From the NCBI GenBank assembly GCA_965153355.1, contig OZ231126.1:4774001-4838000 (forward strand): a DNA stretch of 64,000 nucleotides, given 5' to 3'. Made by a program: the position numbers and the translations under genes. Each line of letters starts with the position of its first letter. The stretch's first letter is position 1. The stretch comes from Flaccisagitta enflata. Taxonomy: Eukaryota. Under the pieces are notes generated by a model, which saw only the letters and a program-made list of their open reading frames with translations, did no database searches and was not told the origin of the DNA. Positions 1 to 14,979 of the stretch are shown in pieces.

Positions 1-1323
1 AACATCCAAATCACAATAAAAATATTTCAGCCTAAAATTTGTAAAAATTTCCAGCTCCAGGAAAATTTCATTTGTCCTCATAAAAAAGAATCAAGGGATT
101 TTTTAGATGAAAGCAAAGCAGAAAAAATTTCAAGGGGCAAAATTTGAGGTAGAGAGTTTCCAATCAATTGGTGTTTTAAGATCAATTATAAAGATTTTTC
201 ATCATACTTTATATAGTCCTCAAAAGTCCTGGGTAATACCTGATCATCTTTCGGAAACACTTGTTAGATTTATGAACACATACTTTTCAGTACTTACACC
301 AGTTGATAAGGATATCATTAGATTTGCATTTTAAGGTGAAATGCGTGTTTGTTTCACGGCCTGTAACCACTAACCAATCAAACTTTACTGATTTTATCAT
401 TTAACTGGTCTTGGTTTACAAAAATGTGTTGGACAATACTTTTTGAGATAGAAGTAGGCAATTATTTGTAGATATTTTTGCCATGCAATTGGAGCGAAAT
501 AGATGGTTGCTGCATCCCTCACACTTAATTGATAAGCAGAAATGATTGAATGTTGCTAAGACTGAATTACAATGACCTTGGGCTTGATAATTCCTGATTG
601 GAAGATGTATCTTTGTCATCAAAAGTTAGTCAAATTTGGCTTACTTTTCCTCTCTATCCAGTTTGCAACTCATTGCTTTGTTTGGGATGCAAATTGAAAA
701 GAATGGCAGTTTACTGAAGATGATGGAAATTGAAATGCATGCAAATGAGCGGAATCATTTTTTTGAAAAAAATTTATAGGAAGTGCATCAAAATGTTTTG
801 AGAGTTTCTACAACTCAGAATATTCCATTCCTCTTTTAGTTACTCATTCTATGTGATCTGGATTTAGATTGTTGAGTATTAACACCATCCAATTTTTAAT
901 GTCAACCAAACAAGCTTGACAATTGAATAATCAATCAATCATAGCCTGGCATCGATGAGTTTTTAGCCTACAGTAAGTTTTGAATGAAGAATTCTTCTTT
1001 TGATTTTCTTGATTTCTTGTATGTATTCTTAAACCATGTGAACATGGATTGTCATTTATGCAGTGCTCATGAATCCATGGTGACATGCTTTGAATATTTT
1101 TCTTGTATTTTTAGCAAAATAAAAAATACTAGTTGGCTTGCATCGTTTTCATACAGCATTCACAAAGACATAGTTTGCTTGTTGTAAGTTTTATCAAGCA
1201 TCCATGAGTACATCACTGACTTGTTTTGTGATTTTTATCAAGCATCCACAAAGACGAGACTCGTTGGTTGGTTGTGTCAGTCAATCAAGCATATATGAAG
1301 AAACACTATTCTATATTCATTTA

Positions 1324-2452
1324 TCAAGCATCAATTGAGTCTCGGGTGCCGCTTGCTTTCATAGCATCCAAGACTTTAATCCTGGCCATGGCCGCCTTCA
1401 TCTTCACAACGAACAACTTTCTGTCGCGTTCAACCAACTTCGTAAAGTTCTCAACACGACAATATCTGTTGTGGGGGGATGATAAGGTGAAGAAAGAAAA
1501 AAAGAGAGAGAAAGGGGGGGGGTTGCAAGATGGATCAGGAATGTGTCATTAAAGGGGAACTTTTTTCAAGGGAATGTGTTTATTTTGAATCTGTAGAGAA
1601 AACAGGATGAATGGATGAAGCAACACATAATTGAATGGATGAAAGAATGCATAATTGAATGAATGAATGAATGAATGAATGAATGAATGAATGAATGAAT
1701 GAATGAATGAATGAATGAATCAATGAATCAATGAATATAATGAATGAATAAATGAGTGAATGAAATAATGAATGGATGAATAGATAGATGAATGAATGAA
1801 CGAATGAATGAATGAATGAATGAATGAATGAATGAATGAATGAATGAATGAATGAATGAATGAATGAATGAATGAATGATTGTACCTGCAAGGGAAGGAG
1901 AGGGCGATGGCTCTGACACCAGACAATAGTAGACCACATGAAGACAAGAAATGCCAAATGTCGTGGGAGTCGTAGAAATTCAGAAATAAGCATTCCTTGT
2001 TGAGATCTCGATTTTGTTCGGGATTCAAAGATTTGTTGGAGACTTCCATCCCAACGAAGAAATACCCAGCAGAAAGCCACACAATCCCAATTACTGTCAA
2101 TGGGTAAATTGAGAATTCATTTTTGTTGGGACACTAATTTGGACAAATACTTGGGGTGGCTGTTCCCATAAGTTTTGCCCTTGTACACTGCCGGTGGCCA
2201 AAATGTATGAAGAATGGACAGTGAGAGTAGGGAAACTAAGAGACAGGATGACATGGGGATGAAGATTGAATATCAATGTTTATGCAACATGGCTTAGATG
2301 CATTAACATCAGAAATATGCTCACCAATGTAATAAATAATGACTTTGAAAATCTTTTTAGCAGTCTTTGATTTCCGTAGTGCTTTGAATTCTCTGCCACT
2401 GGTTTTCAGCATTCTCACGTAACTCTCTCTGTGTGCGTTGCAGATGATAGTA

Positions 2453-2542
<90 letters not shown>

Positions 2543-5500
2543 CAGATTGAGAAAAAATCACAGGAATGGTAAATGATGTTTATAGACACCCAAAGCTCAA
2601 TGGAAACATTCAAATTTAACCATGGCCAAATAAAATATTAGACGCTCAATTCTTATCAATTAATTGAAAACCACTAACACTTTTTACTTAAGATCCATGA
2701 GCGTTTTGAAGAGCTTCAAAAACTCTAGAAATCTAGACCAAGCAGAAATTTGTAGCTTAAGTCGTTTAGAAATGACATAAGATTGAAGTTCAGCACTCAA
2801 TTTCCAAACTGCCAAAAAAACATTTTTCAGTATCTTTCAAAAAGGCATATTTTAGGGTAATCATTATGTATAATGATGAAATAAAATAAATGGTATGAAA
2901 TCCTAAGTGAAAATGAAGTATTTTGAATTCTCTACAAGATGAAACCATGCAGAACTCCTGATTCCACTTCGTTTAAAAGCTGTATTAGTTTAAAGTTGGT
3001 TACTCTAAAATGATAGAAACCAGATTCAAGATTTTTGAATAGTTATCTTTAAAACATCATAACTTCTAAAGTTTTGATGCTAGAATGTTGAGAAAGAGCT
3101 CAAATGAAAGATTTTTTGAAGTTCTTTAAAACCATCATGGATTTAAAGGGTTTAACATTTTTAGTTTTGTAGCAATCAATGATCAAAAAATTGCGTCTAG
3201 TTTTTTTTTTTGGCCATGGTTATTAAACATTCTCTTTTGATCTATTCTTTCATTTTTTTGGGCAGCAGTTTTAAAGGAGTTGAACACTTATGGATTATGG
3301 CTGAAAATATTGAGGCTAAATTCTTAGAGTCAATTATCAGCTGTAAGACTCAAAGGTCATCCACTGTCCCTCTCACCACCTAACCCCCAGATAAACCAAC
3401 AAAGGAATTGGGGACCACTGACCTTCTGACCATCTGACCATTATTTTTTCCATGCAATTGATTACTCATTTGTTTGCCTCACTGTCTAGTCTCTTGTTTA
3501 TCTTTGTTTGATTCTTTTTTCTTTTGCCTTTTTGTTTGCTTAGTTGATGGCTTATTTGTTTGCCTCATTGTTTGCATTTTGTGTTTATCTTTTTGTTTGC
3601 TTAAATCACCTGATCACTGAAAACTCAAGTGCCATCATTGAGATAAAAACGCTGCCAATGCAAGTCCCCAGGAAAAACTGCAAAGGAAAGAAGGGAATAA
3701 TGGGTGTGAGAATGAATGAGGTAATGTCACTGTGACTCACCCGCTGTTAGACAGCTACACCATTTACAGCCCATAAAGCTTATTCACATAATCACAACTT
3801 AAAGTTGTGGACACATGACTTGATGGTCTGTCACAAAGTTGCATTTTGGGTTACACATGTATCAGGCTGTGCGGGTATGCAGGGGCCCTTTTTGAGGTCC
3901 TTAGAGCATTTTGACAGGAGCAGTGAGGCCAGAGACTGCAAACAGGCTAAAAAAGTGGGACCAATGGACCAATGTACCAATGGACAGACAAAGTGGGGTG
4001 TAAAATTGCGTGCACGCGACTGAAAAGGGGAAAGGATATGAAGGGGACAAATCATCATGCAAACCACTAAGTAAACATTATCATTTCCAACACGAACCTG
4101 TGAGACATCTGACTTTTTGAAAATGGTAATTAGCAACCAAATGAAGAAGAGTCCACTGACAGCTACGTAAAGAGCTGAGAGACTGAAAACGCGATAAAAG
4201 TCAACCAAATTGATGAAGGAAGAAGTCGAGGAGGAGGAGGACATTTGGCCATCATCGCTTTTGGCACCATCTGCTGCGCCATCTGCTGCGCCATCTGCGC
4301 CATTTATGCCATTTGTTTTTGTTTCCTCCCCTCCTTTCTCGGCATCACCCTCGTTCTCGGTTTTGTTCTCAATGTCAATTTGTTGTTTTGCTTCTACTGC
4401 ATTTTCGGTCTCTGCCACATATTTCTCTGCCTTTGGTGATATTGTTGTTGTTGTCTCTTCTGCTGCGGAATCTTCCAAAGCCACTTTGTTTTCTTTCCCT
4501 GGGCTTGCTCCGCCTTCCACTTCTTCTACTCCTTCTTTTGGTTTCTTGAAAATGAGTGGAAATCTAAGTGGAGTCGAAGGTTTAGACGCGGTTTTGACTG
4601 GAGTCCCAACTTTGCTCAGAGATTGTTGTTGTTGTTGTTGTTCCTGCTGTTTGCGAAGAACTGCTGGGTTTTCCTGTTGGGAGAGAACAGGCACAATAGA
4701 GAATATGATCGATGATCATATGAATGATAATGATGGGACCATACTGCTGGTTTATTCTTGTTATTACCATCACAATAAAAATGATTTTTACCACCATGCA
4801 CCATCTGGCCATCAACCTTCAACGTCACTTACTTGGAAATAGTTGATGGTTTGATTTTTGATGGGTTCAATTCTGGGATCTTTGAGTTTAGGTTTGGCAT
4901 TGACACGACTTGGGACAACTTCTAATTTGAATGCTCCCCAAATGATGATGAAAAGGAACCACAAAACGCAGCAAATGAAACCAAAGATCTGTGAACAAAA
5001 GGGGCAAGGGTAGGGGGAATGGGCGGGGAGGGTGGATTAGGAGTTGGAACAGGAATATCATGGCATCAACTCAAAATTCTGATATTCTCAACAAGTGACG
5101 CATGGTCACAATATCGTTGCGGACGGGTGGGCGGGGCTGACCAACCCCAATCCATACCACACACCCATACACAAAAAGCAGCTTAAATGCTTGTTTTCTC
5201 TTTTTTCAACTTGTGTCCACGGACTGACGGACAGACAAACGGACCAACGGAAGGACGGATGGACCAACAGACGGACCAACGGACGGACAATGCCTCTTAT
5301 AGAGTTGCGTGTCCGTAACTAAAAAAAAGAGACAAGTAATACACTTTTTTTTTATAAGAACATCACTTTTGGCCAAAGCCTTCAAAAGAGATAGAGATAG
5401 CTTCTAATGAAATAACTACAATGTTCTTAATTTTAGAGCAATTTCAAGCCTTGATATTCTTATAAACTAGGTTCTTATAAAACATAAAAAGTGTAATCCT

Positions 5501-8500
5501 TAACGGGAAAGTAACAGTAACAGTAAAACTATTCCTACTCCTTTCAGAAAGCTTTAAACAAATTTTTCGTGGTACCTCCATGCCTTCTGAAAGTTGATGG
5601 ACATCTCTGAGTGATCCTAGATAATTGAAAAGAAGAATTGGAGCCAAAAAGAAGAAGAAAACTTTTGGCGCCCTCAAAGCACGAGAGTTGCTGAATTGAA
5701 GGTCCAAATCTTTCGGCGGGATGCGGTTGTGCAGCAAAAGCATGTCCTCATCAGTAATGCTGCATTAAATAGCAAAATTGGGAAGCAATTAAAATCTTTC
5801 GCTCTGATGATGGTTCAAGCTCAAGTGAATGTAAAATCAGTAATCAAATCTACAATCTAGACTATATTTAGTTGCGGACACGTAATTCTATAAGAGCCTT
5901 TGTCCGTCCGTCCGTCGGTCCATTGGTCCGTTGGTCCGTCCGTCTGTGAACACGAGTCGAAAACTGTGAAAACGCGCATTTCCGCCCCTGCCCACCCGTC
6001 CGCAACTGGTATTGGCCGTGTATCCAGCCTTGTTTTATCAGTTGATTCCACTTGAATTTTATGATGATCATGTGGCAGAAAGTAAATTCTAGGAAACGCT
6101 TTACCTGTAATGGTTAAATAATGCTGAGACAATGAGAGATGAGATGGTGAACATGAAGGCTGTGTCAAACTGGAAAATCATTCTTGTTGGACATTTGTGA
6201 TAGATGGTGGAGAAAATCCCCTCAAATACAAAACTCCAGGCGATGGCGTATGCTAGGGAGTAATCTGAAAGGAGTAATAAAAGATGCTCATCATATAGAT
6301 GCTGAAGGTCTAAAACTATAGCAGGTCTGTGTATTATTGAGTTTGCCCTCCCCCCGTGGGGGCGGGGGGAAATCAAAGAGTCTGGAGATGGGGAAGGAAA
6401 TCAAAAGGGGAAAAAAGAAAAAAAAAAGGAAATTTGGGTAAAATATAGCTTTTGACAGTACCAACTCATAAAACCCAATCAGTGAAACACAATTAAACAC
6501 TATTTAAACCTTAACTACATTGTTTTATTGCTATATGGGGAAGAAAATCATAGATATAAAAATGCGACGCGATGCTTCACAGGGAAGAAACTCAAAGGCA
6601 GGGGGGGAAAATCAAAAGCTACTCAATAATATAGACCCCTGAACTAAAGGTTAAGAAACTGTCATTCTTATGTGTGCACTTACCATAATATCCAAAATGC
6701 CCTTTGTTGTAGCAGTAGGCCTCTCTGAATCCAAATGCAAGGAAGAAGACTAATCCATGGACCACGTAGGGAATGTTGGAGGAGAGAAGATTAAAGGGGA
6801 AATCTTCATAACTGGTAGATGGAATGTAGCATCGTTCGTTATAGAAGCAAATGTCTCGGTTACCACTTTCAATCATCTGCTGCCAGTTACCATGCACCAC
6901 CTAAAACGGACAGAAAGAGTAAGTCAATTACATGGCTCCAATAGAAAAATTGATGATTATGTAACATTGAGATGATCATGTAACATTGAGATGATCATGT
7001 AACATTGAGATGATTATGTAACATTGAGAAGATTATGTAACATTGAGATAATTATGTAACGTTGAGATGAGTATGTAATATTGAGATGATTATGTAACAT
7101 TGAGATGCTTATGTAACATTGAGATGAGTATGTAATGTTGCGATGATAATGTAATATTGAGATGAGAATGTAACAGTGAGATGAGTATGTAACAGTGAGA
7201 TGATCTAAGCCATACAATTACAACAGTACAAAATAAGATGACAAACCTGGTATCCCCCCACAGCAAATGTGATAGCAAATACTCCAGTAATGTAAGAAAA
7301 GCTTTTATTGCCTCTTTTAAACCAGTTGGAAATCGTTGTGCAGAAAGACTTGGCTCGCATTCCACTGAAAAGTTCCTAAAAATGATGTGGAAATTGGAAA
7401 GGTATGTCATGACTCTTAATGATGATAAAAGAAAAACATCTAACAGGCTTTGAGCAGGAAATTTTGACAGATATAATAGAGAGGACTAGTTTCATTTATC
7501 AAGATTTGAAAAATACAACAACCAACTGTCAGGTATGAACAATTGACAACTGACAATTGACATTGACAACTGACAACCGACAACTGACCAGGATTTGGTC
7601 ATCAAATCCACTAACCTTGAGTGGAGGCAAATCTGAGACGAGAGCGTAGTAAAGAAATACAACTCCAACGCCGATGAAAAAGGCCAAAAGACCCATGAAC
7701 CAAATTTGCCCATTTGGATAATTGTACTTGGACTCTACGTCAAACGTCACATTCTTTTGGCTGGTCAATGATCTATCCATTAGTATGTGGACAAACCTGA
7801 AAAAAGATATGAAGAAAAAAAGAGAATTCTATCTGCAAATGAAATGTATATATGTAGACTGTAAGATGGATAATGTGGTTTTTTTTTCGATACCTCAATC
7901 TTCAACAGGCACATTTGACCATCATAACATCATCATTTTACCATCATAACATAATGGCTTTTAATCGTCTTCTTCATCTTCTTTTTTTTTTCTTCTTTCT
8001 TTTTTTTTTTTTTTTTTGCATCTACTGTCCATACTAATTGTTAGTCGCGTGCACGCGACTCTACACCCCGCTTTTTCTGTCCATCCATCCATCGGTCTGT
8101 CAGTCGGTCAGTCTGTCACACTTTTACTTTTTTTTTTATCAATTTATCCCTTTAAGTCATTTTAGGTTATTAAAGAGTATACTATACTAAGTCATTCTTA
8201 ATCATTTTATATCATTTTAAATGTAATTCTCGCACGCGACCTACAGGTGTTGGCCTTGTGCAATGCTGCTTACCAAGTTCCATCTCCTATGGCGGGTTTT
8301 GAGTTCTTGGAAATGGTTATTCTGCCAAATTTGTCGAATTTGAGATGCATCGTTTTTGCCTCTTCTTCTGCAGTAATTTCAACGTTTTCCAATGATGAAG
8401 GATCAATTGTAGAACCGCAATCACGACTGTGATATCATAACCATAAAAAAGAAACATTATTCATTGATTTATGATACAATTTGTATTACATGTTTTTTAT

Positions 8501-11500
8501 ACATTTTGTATCATACAAAAATACAATGCCTTCATGGCTATGAAATACGCAATGCCAATATATTCTGAACTCTAACGACAATGAATTGCAGTAGGCTGAA
8601 ACCCCTGGCTATGGATGAAAGGAACAAGATTTCCTATTGAAAGGACAGTTCAAGTATTTTTGGGGAAAAGAAAGGGTGAGTGGCGGAAAAAAGTTGCACA
8701 AATGTTCAAATGGGAGTCCTCTTAGAATTCATGAAGGTGGTCAAAACCTGGGCAGTACATCATATTAAATAATGAAAAAAAGAAATCCTTCAATTTCTTG
8801 ACATCTGATGAACAAATGAACTTTTTCCCCGAGTGAACTCACCTAACAACAAGCAGTCCCAACCCATCCTGCTCTGACGTGACGGTGAATTGAAGAATCC
8901 TTTCAACTCCAAACTGGACGTCAACTTCCAAAACGCGCAATGATTCCCACTTTGGAGATTCTTTGATGTTTGTAACCACATTTCCCTGATATGATATAAA
9001 TGAGGAAATGGTATTTGAATGAGACCAGCGAGGAATTTCCACTTGGATTATTATTTGATGTTTTTAAACCAAGTTTCCCTGATATGATGTTTATGACAAT
9101 TTGGTTTTAAGATAAAACAATCAAAGGTTTTCAACTTTGGCGATTCTTTCTTTTCTGTGACCACTTCTCCCCACTTAAATTGGATGAAGGATTGAAGTTT
9201 AGGATTAGAAAAAAATGAAAGCATCATTTGCATGAAGCTGTTCTCAGACAAACAAATGTTAGTCTGAATAGTATTTCACTTCAATAAATAACTTGCTAGT
9301 TAGAAACGCAAATTGAACGAGATAAAATGGACACCAGACAGCCAAGATCTAATAGTCCTGGATGAGTGACAAAATTCAGTTCATTTTTAGGTCAGTATGA
9401 CTATAAGTGGCAAAATTCAGTTCATTTTTAGGTCAGTTTGACTATGAGTGGCAAAATTCAGTTCATTTTTAGGTCAGTATGACTATGAGTGGCAAAATTC
9501 AGTCAGTGTGACTATGAGTGGGCCTACCATGAAAAATGGATTATCCATCTACCTTGATAAAACTCAGAAATACTTCCCACCATGGCTCTGCATCTACTTC
9601 TCCCTGATTACGTGGAGATGAAGGATTGATATCAGAACTAGTATCAATCGGCGAACATCGAGGAGGAACAGGAGAACCGGCAGACAGACATGGCAACGAC
9701 GAACAAGCAACAAATACATGAACAAACTGCTAAATTTAGGGCGTGTTACTAGTGAAGACCAAAACCGCGTTTCTTCTCGTAAAACGCATTCACAGAGTGA
9801 ACACATATTCAAAAAATTTCAACGGTCCCATAAAGGAGTGAACAAAGTGAGTGAGCGAGCCCATGAACGGAGCGAACAAGTGAAGTGAGCATAGCAAAGC
9901 GGAACGCTGCAAAGTGAGTGAGCGGAATTAGCGCTGCGAGCGAACGAATATAGCGAGCAACCGAGCGGCCTGTTCAAAATGCGATTGTCTGTGACAAGAA
10001 ACGCCCCCTTCGTTTAACTCACATGCGCGGAGGAATTCGCAGTTTCAGGTTGTGTTGAAGTGGAAGGATGATAAGTCAACATCCGTGACACTTTTTTGCC
10101 GGTAAAATGAAGCGGAGTGTGACGGGAAATCGTCCAGCTAGAAGTTGAGTCTGCGCCTAGCACAATCACTCGCAATATGCCTGAGTGGGGAAAAGGACGG
10201 AGGGGGAAAATTGGAGACATGGTGGAGGACAGGGGATGGTGGGGAGGTGGGATGGGGTAAAATGGGGAATGTGGGGGACGTGGATGAAGGTGGGATAAGA
10301 GGGGACATGTTACAAATGGGACAAATGGTTGCAAAACAAGGACATGAAATAAATTTGGTGTGAATGAGAATGGAAAAGCCAAGTGCAATGAGAAGCGTTA
10401 CTAAATAATTTTTGTTAAAATCTAAATTCTAAACACCAATGGAGTATGTTTTAAAGAAAATGTGAATGTGATGGATATGGAAGTGGAAATGAAACTAGCC
10501 TGAGGTTCAAAGCACCGAGGAATTGTTGGATTAAATCAAATCAGCGCTATTGAGACAAAGTGCAGATTTATTGTAATACATCGCTGGATACACCAAAGCC
10601 GATCAAAAATTTAAGCAGATTTACTAAATCCCAAGGCTATTCAACAATTTATGTTTTGATTGAGCCATTGATTTGAGCATATTTCGAAAGCTATGTATGA
10701 CATATGACGCGCAGGCTGTACATCGAGAAGCAAATCGCTGTTAACCCCATTACAAAGGGTAAATCTTGATTAGGTTTAGTCCTGATTTAGTTCGTTTTTT
10801 TCTATAGGGGGTTTATTGTGTTGCTTGGGCCCAAATGAATACTGCCTCAAATCAGTATTCTTTAAAGATAATTTGAAGATCCCTTTGCTCTTATTTCCTG
10901 CGGATAAATTTGGTTTTCCTTTTGGCAGCGGCCCCAAAGGGCCGATGTCCTGTAGGACACAGGGGGGAGTTTCTTTATATCTGTCTGTATGTCCATATGT
11001 ACGTCCCCCCCCACACAAGTGTCATACCTAGACGTGGGGTTGAAATTGAGAAAACTCTCGTTTTTCCACCGGTTTTGTACATTATTTGGGTTAACTATCA
11101 ATGTTCAAAAGGAATTTAAATGTTTGGCAGAGCAAATTTTGATACAGTTTCATGTCAGGATGGGTTGTTGGTACAGGCCATAATCAACCTTTTGCATAAG
11201 AAGAAGGTTACTTCTAAAGCTTCTACTACCTAGGAAAAAAGTTTATAGCATTACTCATGCAAGCATATCTGCTACAAACATTCATGAAATTGTAAAAAAT
11301 TGGTGAGACTCTGAAACTACTTTGAATTATCTGTCAGATGTCACCAGTCCCAGTTTTCTAGGTCAAATCGTTAGGAAACGAGAGCTAAAACAAAACTACT
11401 GCTACTTTTGACAAGATAATAAAATATTTGAATAGTTTCATTTCTCAATTTTGGGAGCAAAGTAGAGGCTTTTTTCTTTGCAGTTATGTATTTTTCTCTG

Positions 11501-14500
11501 TTTTCTTGATCATGATGATTCAGTCAGTTGATGATTTGATGTTAAGATTTTAAAGAATCATACCACCTTAGAGAAAATTGCTCAATTTATCAATAAAAGT
11601 AGGGTAACTGAGTACAAAGAGTTACTTTTTTTATTCGCATTCTAGATAGTAGCAGTTTTGTTTTGGCTCTCGTTTCTAAATGCTTGAAGATGAATTCCTA
11701 TTCCTCCAATCATTAAGATTTCCCTTTAACACAAAATAGTATAAATTGTCCATATTCCCACCCCCATAGTTTAATTGAAAGGAGGGGTAACAGCTAGGGA
11801 GTCGGATCCCCATAGCTCCTTCTTTTCAATTAGATTTAACCTTCGCTGAATTGATTATCCCTGTCAATGCCAGAAGTCAGCATTAACATTTATACCCTAA
11901 CCTAATAGCTATAATGAAAAATCATAATTGTTTGAGAGATAAGACAAAAGTCTTGTTTTCTGCATAAAAATTACTTATCCAAAGGTTTTGAATTTCAGTA
12001 ACCACTAAATTTAGGTCGTACTTAAAATTGGATATGTAAGTATATGAGTGGAAGCATATACTATACAGAAATGAGTAGCTTTTGAATGTTTCATTTTACT
12101 TTTATATATTAAGTTTATTTCTCAAAAACATTTTTCTAAAGTTTTTTGTAAGATACTTTTTGTCGCACATTTCATAAAGGAACGCGGTTTAAAGCATTTG
12201 AAAGAATTTTTGAAGTAGTTTTAGAGTCTCACCAATTTTTTGTACTTTCTTGATAAGATATGGGTGATATGCTTACTTGTTCACAAAATGCTATAAACTT
12301 TTTTCCTAGGTAGTATCTCCTAAACGAATAGAGCAATTGAGCTCAACTTGGGCTCATTTTAAAGAACAGACACAGCTCTCCCAGATCCAAAATCAGCCTT
12401 CTCAGGCCCAAAATCAGCCCTTTATAGCCCAAAATCAGCCCTCTCAGATTATAAATCAACCCTCTCACACTTGTAATAAGCCCTCTCTGGCCTGGGATAA
12501 GACGTATGAGGCCTCAAATTTACCGTCTCAAGCCTAAAATCTGAGCCATCAGGACAAATGGACATAAGGAAATTAACTCCTGTGTCCTATGGGCTGCTGC
12601 CCTGCTCTCACTCCACTTTTTCAGCTGATCAATCCAAGCAGGGCATCGGGTACCGCTGACCATGTGCGATCCTTGGATGTCTTGTTTCTTATGACTAATT
12701 TGGGAAAGTCAATCCATTTTTGGAGCTGAATGAGACTGCTCATGAAGTTTACATGGTAAGTATATTAGACAATGCTCTTTCAATTCAGATAGCATCAAGC
12801 AGAATTCAGCACAATAGATATTCACGACTTTTTTCCTGCTCTTTATTGGTAATAATAAGAGGCAGTGGATGCAAATTTGATTTAAGCCAATCCAAACATT
12901 TATCCAACACTCAGCCAGAAGATAAAGAAATTAAAAGATGATGTGAAAATTCTTATCAAAACTAAAAAATACTCCGGGTTGTAGATTTGGTCATGAAACT
13001 GCTTATATCATGACCAGAAATAGAAATAATGACAGGAATTTTCAATGTCAAAGAAATGAAAAATGAATCCCACTCTAGCGCATCTCTTTTAATGAATCGT
13101 TATCATGCCAGAACCCGAGAAAAAAGGGGAAAGCTTGTAAAGAGAGAGGAACATACAAATTCAAAATGGAAAGGGCTGGTTAGCAAATAAAGTTGGCATT
13201 AGGGAGGTGGTCATGTGGCCAGGAAAAATTAAGGGTGGTTGATTGGTTATCAAGAGGTAAACTCTGTGGAACAAAAACGTTTGCCTGAGATTAGGTGGTT
13301 ATTTATAGATGAACAGGCATTCGGGCGGGTCCATGGTTCGATGGTCCAAGGTTATGTTTGGGTGTAAACAGGTAGTTGATGGGGGTAAAAGTCCGAGTGG
13401 GAGAGATTTTTTTAGTTATTGGCTGTTCTACATGATTGATCACTTGCCAAAAATCAGTGATTCTCGCACCTTGGAGGTCAATGTTGTGCTTTCTCACTGT
13501 AGAACAAAAAGCAAAGCAATTCTGTGACATTTTAACCAAATATGATCAACACCAATGCACGTGCGTCAGTACGTTTGTCCATGTGTTCTCGCTCATTTTG
13601 TTTGTCCATGTGTTCTTGCTCATGTACATTTCTATCTTTGTGTCTATGATTTTTTTGTGTGCAAATATATGGTAGAGAAATACGACTTAAACATTAAGTG
13701 AATACTACTAATATTAAACGTTAAACAAGTTGAAGTGCAGCAACTGAACGGTGTCATTTAATTTGCCACTTTCCTGCCCCTCCCCCTCACACTTGCCAAA
13801 ATGAATTTCCTTCCCTGAGTTCAAATAGTGATAAATATTCATAAAAGTCCTCAGATACTTTAATAATGATTTCACAGATTTGTTAAGTGTCAGTCAGCCT
13901 TTCCATAAACCATACTGTATATTCATGATTTTATGATTTAGTCCAAGTAACCATCATCATGACTTCATGAGCCTCATCATATATCCATGATTTCACGATT
14001 TTGTCTAAGTCAGCCTTACCATGAGTCATATCCTTAGTGTCATTGGAACAGATTTGATGTCTTTTTGAGGAGACTTGAGGACTACAAGACATAACGTAAG
14101 TCTTGAATGTGTGATGATCCATCTCCGCGATCGCTGAGACGTGGTTGTCCTCGTTCTTCACATCGCACTTATTTTCAACCTGATTTACATATTGAAGAAA
14201 AAAATCGAGTTATCAATGTTTTACGGTCTTATGGCCATTGCCTTATGTACTTAGTTTTTATACTTGCAGAGACACAGGCAGTTTAAACACAAACACACAC
14301 AGTCATACAGGAGACGTAAACCAACAAACACTAAGAAAACGTAGAAACGTGCCATAAGCCCTAAACATAAGCATATGTTTCTCTCTCCGACATCAGGACA
14401 CATTTTCACAATCATTCCCTTTTCTCCCTTCGAAAAGATCAAAATTTCTTCCTCCAGATCATCATTGTTGACTTTGAGGCTGAAATTTAAGAAAATTTCA

Positions 14501-14903
14501 CCAGAAATGAAAAAAACGGAAGAAGTAAAAGTTGTCACAAACAAGGCCGGATACACGGCTACCCCAGTCGCGTGCGGGTGGGCAGGAGCAGTGCTGGAAA
14601 AGGTCACTGGCAGGCGTTCATATTTTGTAAACCTTCCGAGAGGCAAAAATTTGCCCTCATAAGTTTCCGACACAGATTGTCGATAGTCAATAGTCTTGTG
14701 GTAACCTCATGTGGTAACTTGCCACTGGTGAGAAGTTTCAAAATGACACACAAAACAAACATGAAACATAAACTCTTTTAACCCTTATTGGCCATGATTG
14801 GCACAGATCCAATTTTGTCAAACATTTGTAAAATAAATTTGAACCCATCAAAAAGACAAAAAGAGAATTTAGACATCCATTAAATTGTCTCTCGTTTTTC
14901 TTT

Positions 14904-14979
<76 letters not shown>

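Noticed and set aside
4210-4842. 210-aa plus-strand ORF
   Set aside because: Antisense shadow of the large SID-1 exon.
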